This document shows, piece by piece, positions 10,725-20,636 of a stretch of DNA of 64,000 nt; position 1 is the stretch's first letter; every line of letters begins with the position of its first letter. Under the pieces are notes generated by a model. That model had not been told where the DNA came from. It did not search any database and was given only the letters and a program-made list of their open reading frames with translations. The translations under genes were made by a program, and so were the position numbers. Origin of the DNA: Alphaproteobacteria bacterium. Lineage in GTDB: Bacteria > Pseudomonadota > Alphaproteobacteria > UBA828. The stretch covers positions 288,001-352,000 of the forward strand of contig CAXXVO010000007.1 in assembly GCA_963422645.2 (NCBI GenBank). The letters run 5' to 3'.

Positions 10725-11905
10725 GTGACCCTGCCCCGCATCCTTCTCGCCGTCGCCGTCGCGGCCCTGCTCACCGTGCCCGCGATGGCGGTCCTGTTCG
10801 TCGCGCCCGCGATGGCGGACGACCTCGCCGCGCCCGCGATGGCGGGCGACCTGCGGCCTGCAAGCCTCGCCCCGCTCGGCCCGCCGCCGGTCCCGGCGGA
10901 CAATCCCATGTCGGACGAGAAGGTTGAGCTCGGCAAGATGCTCTTCTTCGATCCGATCCTCTCCGGCAACGCCGGCATGCCCTGCTCGGCCTGCCACCTG
11001 CCCGAGGCCGGCTGGTCCGTGCCCTTTGCGGTCAGCATCGGCTACCCCGGCAGCATTCACTGGCGCAACAGCCAGACCATCATCAACTCGGCCTATTACG
11101 GGAAGCTCTTCTGGGCGGGCGCATCCAAGTCACTGGAGGCGCAGGCGCGCTCGGCGGCGCGCGGTGCCGTCGCCGGCAATGGCGAGGACGACATGATGGA
11201 GGCGCGGCTCGCCTTCGTGCCCGAGTACCGCGAGCGCTTCCGCGACGTGTTCGGCGACGACTGGCCCAACGTCCGCCATGCCTACATGGCGATCGCGGCC
11301 TTCGAGCGGACCCTGGTGCAGACCGACACGCCCTTCGACCGCTACATGCGGGGCGAGGACGGCGCGCTGAGCGCCGCCCAGAAGCGCGGCCTCGCGCTCT
11401 TCGACGGCAAGGCGAACTGCACCACCTGCCACAACGGCCCGCTGCTGACGGACGAGCGCTTTTACTGGGTGTGCCGCCCTACGACGGCTGGGAAGACGAC
11501 GAGCTTGCGCAGATCACCTTCCGCTTCGAGCTCTATGCCAAGGGTTCGACCGAGGCCTTCTACCGCGCCACCAAGGACGACCCCGGCCTCTACTTCCGCA
11601 CCAAGGCGAAGGAGCATCTCGGCAAGTTCCGCACGCCGAGCCTGCGCTACACCGCGTACACGGCGCCCTACATGCACAACGGCATGCTGGAGACGCTGGA
11701 GGACGTGGTCGCGTTCTACAACCTGGGCGGCGGCGAGAACGAGTTCGCCGAGACCAAGACCTCCCTGATCCAGCCGCTCGGCCTCACGCAAGCCGAGATG
11801 GACGACCTGGTCGCCTTCCTCGAGAGCCTTTCGGGAGAGGAAATCCTGATGGAGGAGCCGGAGCTGCCCGAGATGGAGCCGCTCCCGCTCGCCGCGCGAG
11901 ACTGA
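10725..11905 (+). pseudogene. Second di-haem cytochrome c peroxidase-family protein (IdrP-like), frameshifted near 11462-11466 (real lesion or sequencing error)
   Basis: DNPMSDEKVELGKMLFFDP, CSACH and CTTCH in the first frame; FRTPSLR...TAPYMHNG in the shifted frame ending 11905. Confidence 0.85.
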
Positions 11906-11917
11906 GAGGCCTGCGCC

Positions 11918-12505
11918 ATGACGATCGATAGCCGCATCGCTGCAGGCGTGTCCGGCCCCAACGGCGCCGCCGCCGAGGAGACCGAGGGCACGCCCTGCCT
12001 GATGACCCGACGCAGCTTCCTGCTGCTCGGCGGGCTGACCACTGCCGTGGTCATGGTCGGCGTTCCCGGCCTCGCGCAGGCGGAGACGCCGGCGGTGGTG
12101 GCCACCTATCCCAAGAAGCTCATCGCCAAGTTCTCGTCGCTGATCGTCGACGAGCCGGTGGACTTCACCTACCCGGACGAGGGCGAGTATTCGGAATCGA
12201 TGCTGGTCAGGCTCGGGACCGAGGCGGGCGGCGGGATCGGGCCGGAGCGGGATGTCGTGGCCTTCAACTACACCTGCACCCACCAGGGCGGGCCGCTCTT
12301 CGGCACCTACAAGCCGCTAGACAAGGCGCTCGGCCCCTGCCCGCTACACCTCACGACCTTCGACCTGGTGCGCCACGGCATATTCATCTCGGGCCAGGCC
12401 TATCAGTCGCTGCCGCAGGTGCTGCTGGAGCTTGAAGGCGACGACATCTACGCGACCGGAATGTTCGGCCTGATTTACGGCCGCTTCGACAATCTTCAGG
12501 GCTGA
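11918..12505 (+). CDS. Tat-exported Rieske small subunit, AioB/IdrB-like
   Basis: TRRSFL twin-arginine motif; Rieske ligands CTHQGG and CPLHLTTFD; QSLPQVLLE. Confidence 0.92.
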   Translation: MTIDSRIAAGVSGPNGAAAEETEGTPCLMTRRSFLLLGGLTTAVVMVGVPGLAQAETPAVVATYPKKLIAKFSSLIVDEPVDFTYPDEGEYSESMLVRLGTEAGGGIGPERDVVAFNYTCTHQGGPLFGTYKPLDKALGPCPLHLTTFDLVRHGIFISGQAYQSLPQVLLELEGDDIYATGMFGLIYGRFDNLQG

Positions 12506-12517
12506 GGAAGCAGAGGC

Positions 12518-15193
12518 ATGGCCACCCCCTACTACGTGCCCGAAGAGAGCGTGCCGCTGCCGCCGCCGGACGCGGAGGTCATCTCGACCGCGTGCGACTA
12601 TTGCATCGTGGCCTGCGGCTACAAGGTCTATCGCTGGCCGGTGCGGGGCGGCAAGACGGGCGGACCCACCGCCGACCAGAACGCGCTGGATGCCGACTTC
12701 CCGGTCGAGCCGCTCGGCGCATGGGTCGCGCCCAACCAGCACAACATCGTGCTGCACGAGGGCGAGCCCCACCACATCGTCATCATCCCCGACAAGGACA
12801 CCGAGTTCGTCAACTACACGGGCAACTCCTCGATCCGCGGCGGCGCCATCGCGCAGAAGGTCTACAACCCGGAGACGCCCACGCGTGATCGCCTGAAGTC
12901 GCCGCTGATCAGGATGTTCGGCGTGCTCATGCCGGTGCCGTGGGACTTCGCGCTCGATATCGCTGCCCAGGTGGGCAACCACGTGCTCGATGCGCACGGC
13001 ACCAACGCCTACTGCGTCAAGACCTTCTCCTACGGCTACATGGAGAACACCTACGCCATCACCAAGTACGCGCTCCGCAACGTGCGGACCGCGAACTTCA
13101 CCTTCCACGACACCCCGTCGGACGTGACCTCGACACCCGGTTTCCGCGACGCAGGCTTCGACAATTTCGCGCCCTCCTACGAGGACTGGCGCGATGCCGA
13201 CGTACTGCTGATGTGCGGCACCGACCCTTACGAGACCAAGACCATCCTGTTCACCGACTGGATCATGCCCGGCATCCAGAACGGCCAGCGCGCGATCTTC
13301 CTCTTGCCGAGACGCACCGGCGGCGTCGCATACGCCGAAGACAACGGCGGGATGATGATCGACATCCTGCCCGGTACCGACCTGCCCGTCGTGCTCGCGA
13401 TCGCCCGCGTGATCGTCGAGAACAGCTGGGAAGACTCGGCGTGGATCCGCGACTGGGTCAACAACAAGTGGGAGAGCTCGTCGGGCTTCGGCCAGGGCAC
13501 CCGCAACACGCCGTGGCAGTGGCGTACCACCTGGGGCAAGTTCCAGACCGACGGCTTCGAGGACTGGAAGGCGTGGCTGCTGGCCCAGGACTACGCGGTG
13601 CCCGAGAAAGCCGCCGAGATCGCCCAGATCGATGTCCAGAAGATCTACACCGCCGCCGAGTGGATGGCGAAGCCGCGCGCCGACGGCTCCAGGCCCAAGA
13701 CCTCGATCATGATCGAGAAAGGCTTCTACTGGTCCAACAACACCGGCAACACCAACGCCATCTCGTCGCTGGGCATCATCTGCGGCTGCGGCGGTCGGCC
13801 GGGGCAGGTGATCGGCCGAGCCGGCGGGCACCAGCGGGGCGGGCTCAGGGGCGGCGGCTATCCCCGCAACCTGAGCCCCGAGAAGCTGCCCGGCCGGCGC
13901 CGGCGCGCGCTCGACACCGACCGCTACCTGATGAGCGGCCACACGCGGCTCGCCCACGTCATCGGCACGACCTGGGTGCAGGCGATGTGCGGCACGCAGT
14001 CGTTGCAGGCGAAGTTCGACGAGCTCACGACGCAGAACCCGCACCAGGTGCAGAGCTTCGATCCCGCCGACATCGTCGACACCCTCAAGCGGCGGGCCGA
14101 TTCCGGCGGCATGGTGGTGTGGAACCAGGACATCTACCTGGTCGACCCCATCGGCGCCCGCTACGCCGACATCGTCTTCCCCGCCGCCGGCTGGGGCGAG
14201 GAGACCTTCACCCGCGCCAATGGCGAACGGCGCATCCGCCTCTACCCGAAGTTCTACGACGCGCCCGGCGACGCGAAGCCCGATTGGTGGATCATCGCCC
14301 AGCTCGCCAAGAGGATGGGTTTCGAGGGCTTCGACTGGAGGGACTCCAACGAGGTGTTGGAGGAAGGCGCGCGCTTCTCGCGCGGCTCGCGCAAGGACTT
14401 CTTCATGGTCAAGGTCGCGGCCCAGCGCGAGGGCAAGACGCTCCACGAAAAGCTCCGCGAATTCGGAACCAACGGCATCCAGGGCCCGGTCCTGATGCGC
14501 CCGGACGGCACACTCGAGGAGACCAAGCGCCTCCACGACGTGTACCGAATTCTGCCGGAAAAAGGCCCTGCCGGCGGCACGGTCTTCAACAAGAAGCTCA
14601 CGCACTTCAATACCCAGACCGGCAAGTGCAATCTGCAGAAGGCGCCGTGGAGCCTCTTCTCCAGCTACTGGGAGTGGCTGAAGCCGCGCCAGGACGAGAT
14701 CTGGATCACCTCGGGGCGGATCAACGAGCGCTGGCAGTCGGGCTACGACGACCGCAGGCGCCCCTACATCGTGCAGCGCTGGCCCGAGAACTGGATCGAG
14801 CTTCATCCCGACGACGCCGGCGCGCGCGGCATCGAGTCCGGCGATTATGTGATGTGCTACTCCGACCGCGTGCCGGTGCAGACCAACACCATCATCGGCG
14901 TCGAGAGAGACGACTTCGACTTCTCCTCGCTGCTGCGCGAAGGCCATATCGAGCTGACGCGCGCCGCCATCACCGCCGTCGCCATCGTGACGCCGGCGAT
15001 CAAGCAGGGCGTCGGCTACATGGATTTTTTGCACACCAGCCAGCCCGCGAACGCGCTGGTGGGCCGCGTGGTCGATTGGATCAGCGGCAACTACAACTAC
15101 AAGATGGGCGTGGGACGGGTCCGGCGGCTCGGCGAGAGCCCCTACAAGCGCCAGTACCGCTCCATGTCGTTCGCACGCCGCGACATCGCCTGA
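12518..15193 (+). CDS. Molybdopterin catalytic subunit, AioA/IdrA-like
   Basis: VPLPPPDAEV, [3Fe-4S] motif CDYCIVACGY...SSIRGG, EKGFYW, GGHQRG, NGERRIRLY, C-terminal molybdopterin dinucleotide-binding domain. Confidence 0.93.
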   Translation: MATPYYVPEESVPLPPPDAEVISTACDYCIVACGYKVYRWPVRGGKTGGPTADQNALDADFPVEPLGAWVAPNQHNIVLHEGEPHHIVIIPDKDTEFVNYTGNSSIRGGAIAQKVYNPETPTRDRLKSPLIRMFGVLMPVPWDFALDIAAQVGNHVLDAHGTNAYCVKTFSYGYMENTYAITKYALRNVRTANFTFHDTPSDVTSTPGFRDAGFDNFAPSYEDWRDADVLLMCGTDPYETKTILFTDWIMPGIQNGQRAIFLLPRRTGGVAYAEDNGGMMIDILPGTDLPVVLAIARVIVENSWEDSAWIRDWVNNKWESSSGFGQGTRNTPWQWRTTWGKFQTDGFEDWKAWLLAQDYAVPEKAAEIAQIDVQKIYTAAEWMAKPRADGSRPKTSIMIEKGFYWSNNTGNTNAISSLGIICGCGGRPGQVIGRAGGHQRGGLRGGGYPRNLSPEKLPGRRRRALDTDRYLMSGHTRLAHVIGTTWVQAMCGTQSLQAKFDELTTQNPHQVQSFDPADIVDTLKRRADSGGMVVWNQDIYLVDPIGARYADIVFPAAGWGEETFTRANGERRIRLYPKFYDAPGDAKPDWWIIAQLAKRMGFEGFDWRDSNEVLEEGARFSRGSRKDFFMVKVAAQREGKTLHEKLREFGTNGIQGPVLMRPDGTLEETKRLHDVYRILPEKGPAGGTVFNKKLTHFNTQTGKCNLQKAPWSLFSSYWEWLKPRQDEIWITSGRINERWQSGYDDRRRPYIVQRWPENWIELHPDDAGARGIESGDYVMCYSDRVPVQTNTIIGVERDDFDFSSLLREGHIELTRAAITAVAIVTPAIKQGVGYMDFLHTSQPANALVGRVVDWISGNYNYKMGVGRVRRLGESPYKRQYRSMSFARRDIA

Positions 15194-17431
15194 GCGCGCG
15201 CGGCCTCCGACATCGATCCCGCACAGACCATCGCGCCCTATCTCGCCGCGCCGGATGACGTCATCCGCTGCGCCGCCGCGCGCGCGCTCGGTGCGCTGGG
15301 CGGAGATGCTGCAGCTGCGCCGCTGGCGGGCCTGCTCATGGACCCCGACCCGGACCTCCGCGCGGATGCGATGGCGGCGCTCGCGCGCTGCGCCCGGCCC
15401 GAGGACGCCCCCGCCATCCGTCGCTCGCTGGCAGGCGACCCCGTGGGAGAGGTCAAGGTGGCCGCCATTCAGGCTCTTGCGCGGCTGAAGGACGGGGACT
15501 CGGTTCCGCTCCTGCGCGCTCTGGCGCTAAGCCGGTGCGAAACCGAGGTCGCGTGGGAGGAGCCGGGCAGCGGATGGGACGACTGGCTCGACGTCCAGGT
15601 GGCCGCGATCGGGGCGCTCGGCGCCATCGGCGCGGAGGAGGCGGTCGACGATCTGGTCCACGCCCGGGACGACGAGATGGGCCAGGACCTCGACCACGTC
15701 GTGTTCGCTGCGCTTGCCCAGCTTCCCGATCGCGGCGTTCCGGCGCTGCGCGGCTTTTTCCAACATGGCGATGCGCGCGTCCGCGAGCGCGCTTTCGATA
15801 CCTTGGCAGGCGCCGGGCGCGAGGCATTGACGCCGCTGCGCGAGACTCTGGTTCGAGACCGGAGCCCGGGCGTGCGGCGCCTCGCCGTCGACTGCTTCGA
15901 TGAAGACGCCGAGGCACTCGCCGCCCTCGCCTTGAAGGACCCGGACGCCGGCGTTCGCTGTGCCGCCCTCGCCCGCGCAATGCCGGCCCGCCCCGATGTC
16001 GGGCGCTCCGCGCTCCGCGACCCGGACGAGAGCGTGCGCGCAGTCGCGCTGGAAGCGCGCGAAAGCAAGCCTGCGGGCGATGACGAGCCCGATCTCGTCG
16101 CCAACGTGGAGGCGTGGCTGCGTAGCGCCGGCGTCTCGCTCGCGACGGTCTGCGCGGCCGTGCTGCCGACGCTTGCCGGCGCGCGATCCCTGCATGCGCT
16201 CGGCGAGACGGCCCACGACAGCGAGCGGCCGCCGGAGGTGAGAATCGCCGCCCTCCATTCCCTGGGACGGATCGGGACCGAGGAGAGCGTCGACCTGCTG
16301 CGCCACGCGGCCGTAGACGGCTCGCGTCAAGTGCGGCTCGCGGCGCTCACGTCGCTGGTCGAAATCACGCGGAGCGCACCGGCCGATATCGGGGATGGTG
16401 CGCGTGCGGTGCTGATGGAAGCGGTGCGCGGCGCCCTCGCGCCGGCGCTGCCTGCCGAGGAGGCGGGCACCGGGAGCGCCACCCCGAGCGCGCCTGTGGA
16501 TGCGGCGCCGGGCGAATCGGAGCAAGGCGCTCCGACGCCTGACGACGAGATGCCTCCCGCCCCGACGCCATCGGCCTCCGACGACCGGGCTTCGGACACC
16601 GCTTCGACCGAGCCGGCGTATCCCCGCTCGACGCTCGAAGCGATCGGCGGGCGCCCGGTCGCGGCGGCCCGGTCGGAGGCCGCGCCCTCCTCTTCGGACG
16701 GGGGCGCAGGGCCACCCGAGCGCAGGCCGAGACGGCGGCCCGGGCGGGTCGCGGTCGACGGTCCCGATGACTTCGGCCAGGACCTGCGACTGACTGCGCT
16801 CCGACTGGCGGCCGCGTGCAAGGGCGGCCAGTTCGATGATGCGTTGGCGGAGACGGCGGCGTCGACGACGCCGGCGCTGCGCGCTGCCGCCTTCGAGGCA
16901 ATTGCCCGGCGCGCCGCCGCGATGTCCCTCGCGCCCAGCCTGACCGATATTGTCGTGGTCGCCTTGAAGGACGGCGATCCGACCCTTCGCGCGGCCGCAG
17001 CGCGGGCGCTCGCCGCGCGGAGCGACGCGGCCCCTCACCTCGCCCCGCTGCTCGATGACCCTGACGACAGCGTGCGTGCGGTTGCGTTGAAGGCAGTTGC
17101 GGCGGCCGATCCCGAAGAGGCTGCCCGCGGCTTCGGCGATCCCTCGGCAATCGTCCGTGTTGCGGCACTGGACGCCGCCGCCGGATGCGGGCAGGACCAC
17201 CTCGTCGAGCAGGCCATAAGGGCGCTCGCCGAGGGCGGCTTCACGGACACGCTGCATCAGGCCTGCCGCCGTCACCCCTTCGCACGGCAGGCCCTGCTCG
17301 CGATGCTGCGCAAGGCCGACTCCCTTCCTCCGCAGCGCCTCCTCATGATCCTCCAGGCCCTGACCCACGCCGCCGCCGTCAATGCAGGTGTGGCGGCCGA
17401 CCGGGACACGGCAGCGCGGGAGGTCGTCTGA
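15194..17431 (+). CDS. HEAT/PBS-lyase repeat protein (first ATG at 15338; HEAT-like frame open from 15194)
   Basis: Many DPDxxVRxxAxxAL repeats and a central Pro/Ala/Ser linker. Confidence 0.8.
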   Translation, partial: ARAASDIDPAQTIAPYLAAPDDVIRCAAARALGALGGDAAAAPLAGLLMDPDPDLRADAMAALARCARPEDAPAIRRSLAGDPVGEVKVAAIQALARLKDGDSVPLLRALALSRCETEVAWEEPGSGWDDWLDVQVAAIGALGAIGAEEAVDDLVHARDDEMGQDLDHVVFAALAQLPDRGVPALRGFFQHGDARVRERAFDTLAGAGREALTPLRETLVRDRSPGVRRLAVDCFDEDAEALAALALKDPDAGVRCAALARAMPARPDVGRSALRDPDESVRAVALEARESKPAGDDEPDLVANVEAWLRSAGVSLATVCAAVLPTLAGARSLHALGETAHDSERPPEVRIAALHSLGRIGTEESVDLLRHAAVDGSRQVRLAALTSLVEITRSAPADIGDGARAVLMEAVRGALAPALPAEEAGTGSATPSAPVDAAPGESEQGAPTPDDEMPPAPTPSASDDRASDTASTEPAYPRSTLEAIGGRPVAAARSEAAPSSSDGGAGPPERRPRRRPGRVAVDGPDDFGQDLRLTALRLAAACKGGQFDDALAETAASTTPALRAAAFEAIARRAAAMSLAPSLTDIVVVALKDGDPTLRAAAARALAARSDAAPHLAPLLDDPDDSVRAVALKAVAAADPEEAARGFGDPSAIVRVAALDAAAGCGQDHLVEQAIRALAEGGFTDTLHQACRRHPFARQALLAMLRKADSLPPQRLLMILQALTHAAAVNAGVAADRDTAAREVV

Positions 17432-17512
17432 CACGGATCGCGGGTCGCCCTGGCAGCCTTCCGACGGAGGGCACCGCCGGAAGGCATCGGAACGGCTCAG
17501 CCCCGCCGGCTG

Positions 17513-17634
17513 TCAGGGATCCAGGCGGACGACGCCGTCTGCCACCAGCACGCGGTCATCGAGGCGGACGGTCGGCCGGTAGATCACCATGTCGAGATGA
17601 ACGGGGCAGCGCACGGTGCCGCCGTAATAGATGT
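17513..17634 (-). pseudogene. Separated 3' end of the aminopeptidase-like gene
   Basis: Reads (NIY)YGGTVRCPVHLDMVIYRPTVRLDDRVLVADGVVRLDP*, continuing the 19515-20390 frame once the IS is removed. Confidence 0.88.
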
Positions 17635-19514
17635 GTAACTGCCCAGGTCGTCTGATTTGTCATTTTGGGCCAGTGGATTGAGGCGTTTCTCGTTCGGAGT
17701 TGGTGGAAAGGGCTTGACGGGAATTTCGGGAAATGACTCAACAACGACATGAGCAATCCCGAGTCGCCGCGCGGCCCTTCGACGGGAGCAGCGCCCGAAA
17801 CGCCCGCGCAGAAGATCGCCCGCCTGGAGGAGGAGAACGCCCGGCTTCGGGAGGAAAATGCCTGGCTTCGGCAGCAGAACGCGCGGCTGGAAGAGCAAGT
17901 CGCGCGTCTCGTCGAGCGCATCGAGGAGTTGGAGCGCCGTCTCGGCCTCAACAGCGTCAAGCCGCCTTCGAGCGATGGGCTGAGGAAGCCGAATTCGAAG
18001 CGGCGAACCCGAAGCCTGCGCGGCAAATCGGGCCGCAAGCCCGGTGGCCAGCCCGGCCACAAGGGCAAGACGCTGCGCCGCGCCGATCACCCGGATCGGG
18101 TGAAGGATCACGTCCCGGCTTCCTGCAAGGGATGCGGTTCGCCGCTTTCGGACGCGGCCAGGGCGGGAACGCCCGTCGCCCGCCAGGTGTTCGATCTGCC
18201 CGAGCCGAGCCCCCTGGAGGTGACCGAGCACCGGGCGCATGCCAAGTGCTGCGGGCATTGCGGGACGGTGACCCGGGCGGCGTTCCCCGACGGGGTGTCG
18301 GCGCCGGTGCAGTACGGCCCGCGCATTGCCGGGGTGGCGGTCTACCTTCAGCACGCTCACTTCCTGCCGGAGGATCGGCTGTCGCAGGTGATGGCCGAGC
18401 TCTTCGGCGCGCCGGTGACGGCTGCGACGTTGGCGACGATGAGCGAGAGGGCGGCCGAGCGGCTTGCGGGACGCGGCCTTGCACATACAGGACCTGGCGG
18501 CGGGCACGGCGCGGGTGAAACACATGGACGAGACCGGCTTGCGGATCGGCGGTCAGACGCAGTGGCTTCATGTGATCTGCACGCCGCTGCTGGCGGCGTA
18601 CCGGGTCAGCGGCAAGCGCGGCGCCCTGCTCTCGGGTGTCTCCGGCATCGTCGTGCACGATCACTGGAAGCCGTACTTCGCGATGGAAGGGGTGGAGCAC
18701 GGCCTGTGCAACGCCCATCACCTGCGGGAGTTGCAGGCGCTGGTGGACATCGAAGGGGAGGCTTGGGCCCGGCGGATGCAGCAGCTCCTGCGCCGAGCCA
18801 ATCGCGCCGCCCGCATCGCGCTGGACAAGGATATCGCCGTTCCGGCGAGGCTTGTGGCGCTGATCGAGCGCCGATACGACGAGATCATCGCCGATGCGCT
18901 GGCCTTTCACGAGAGCCAACCACCGTTCTCGCCTGGCAAGAGGAAGAAGCGCCGGAAGCGAAGGATCGGTCACAATCCGGCCTTGAGGCTGCGCGACCAC
19001 AAATGCGCGGTGCTCCGGTTCCTGATCGACCTCGAGGTCGGGTTCACGAACAACGAGGCCGAGCGCGACCTTCGGATGATGAAGCTGCGCCAGAAGATCT
19101 CCGGGGGCTTCCGGTCCGCGCAGGGGGCCGAGAACTTCGCCATCCTGCGCAGCGTCATCACCACCGCCAGAAAGCAGGGCTGGAATATCATCGAAGCCCT
19201 GACCAGCCCATCGGATCGGCTCATCGCCACCGTCAAGTGCGCGTAAGCTCACCTGGCACGGGTTCTCCAACAGCGGAGCCATTCTCATAAACGATCATGG
19301 TCGACGCCGTGCTGGACCACCCCATAGAATGAAAATCGGTGCCCGTCGCGCGGGCGGACTTCGGGCCACATCGGGGTAGCTTACCGGTCGCAGTCCGCAA
19401 GAGGGGCATCGTGAGCTGTGAAACCCGGCGACCCCAGAGGAGCACACGGGCGTCGCGTGGGTAGCGTTGTGCCGAATCCCAGAGAATTTTCACAGCAAGA
19501 ACCTGGGCAGTTAC
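17635..19514 (+). mobile_element. IS66-family single-ORF (ISBst12-type) element 'A', 1880 bp, with 8-bp target duplication
   Basis: TIRs GTAACTGCCCAGGT / ACCTGGGCAGTTAC; ATAGATGT at 17627-17634 and 19515-19522. Confidence 0.93.
17749..19246 (+). pseudogene. IS66-family transposase, frameshift (one extra base) near 18463
   Basis: Coiled coil, KPPSSDG, GGQPGHKG, CxxC pairs, HMDETG, VHDHW, CNAHHLREL, FTNNEAERDLRMMK. Confidence 0.9.
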
Positions 19515-20390
19515 ATAGATGTTGTCTCCGAACGCGATGTGGACGTTGCCGCGCGCCTTCTTCTCTTCCTGGAAGCTGCCGTTCCTGAGGCTCGCGCCGT
19601 TGAGGCCGATCCCGAACTCCGCGATGTTGTCGGCTTCGGGCACCGTCTCCACGATGTGGCGCAGATGCTCGGCCTCAGGCCCCTCCCCGCTCACGCTCAC
19701 GGCCCTGCCGCCCCGCACCTCGACCCTGATCGGGGTTGCCGGCCGGGCGATGCCCGTGCCCGGTCCGTTGATCACGATCACGCCCTCGGCCTTGCCTTCG
19801 AGCGGGCGGGAGGAGACCTCCCCGTCCGAGAAAGCCGCGTTCCTGCCCGGCTCGGTGGCGTAGCCGCACTCCACGACCACCTCGTCCGCCCCGATCGGCG
19901 CCACGATATCGGTGCCCGCGTCGGTCGTGATGTGCATGGTGCGCCCGGCCGCCCAGATTGACGCCAGCGCCTGGCCTTCGGTGAGGAGCTCCCGGTAGTC
20001 GGCCAGCGCGCCGCCGCCGGTGAAATTGTCCAGGCCACGCATCACCATGGACATGGTGCGTATCCGCTTCGCCTTCAGCAGCTCCTTGACGCTCGCAGCG
20101 TAGGCTGGCGCGCCGCCGGAACCGGTCAGGCTGATCAACACGTCCGTCCTCTCGAACGCCGCCTCGATCATCGGGCTGAGCTCGTTCTTTCGCTCCGGTG
20201 GGCGCGAGGGCTGGTGCAGGATGGCGCATTCGGCTCCGATGCCGCCTGCAACGCTGGCCAGCGCATGGACCATCTCCATCGCGCTGTGATCGTCGATGAC
20301 GATCGCCACGTTCTCGCCGGGCCCGATCGCGAGCAGCTCCCGCCCGACGAGGCGGGCACTCTCCGCTACGCTGATGGTCGCCGACGTCAC
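19515..20390 (-). pseudogene. Aminopeptidase T/M29-like metalloprotein, 5' part, interrupted by IS66
   Basis: DGEV, IAEFGIGLN, EEKKARGNVHIAFGDN motifs; 3' end lies at 17513-17626. Confidence 0.85.
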
Positions 20391-20605
20391 GGCTCCCCTC
20401 TCTGGATCACTCGTGGGCTCGAATGGCGGAAAAGCTGCTGCAGATCGCCATTCAGTGCCATGCGCCCCAAGGCTGGAGTCGATCGAAAGCGGCTCCCACT
20501 CTGCGAATCGATGCTACCGGTCCTCGCCCGGCATGCATAGAACGACCTATTCGATCTCTCGCACGAATGCGTCGCCAGTCACCTGATCGAGAAGTCTATT
20601 AGAAT

Positions 20606-20636
20606 GTAACTGCCCAGGTTCTTGCTGTGAAAATTC
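20606..20636 (-). mobile_element. 31-bp right-end remnant of a second copy of IS66 'A'
   Basis: Exact reverse complement of 19484-19514. Confidence 0.85.

Noticed and set aside
12344-15258. 896-aa antisense and 772-aa off-frame ORFs over the molybdoenzyme gene
   Set aside because: Shadow ORFs from GC3 bias; Arg/Gly-rich or mirror-frame composition
15191-15260. Selenocysteine recoding of the TGA
   Set aside because: No convincing SECIS-like hairpin, and FARRDIA looks like a natural C-terminus; kept only as an unexplained junction
19233-20390. 385-aa ORF as an intact gene
   Set aside because: The C-terminal part is read-through into IS66; the true end lies at 17513
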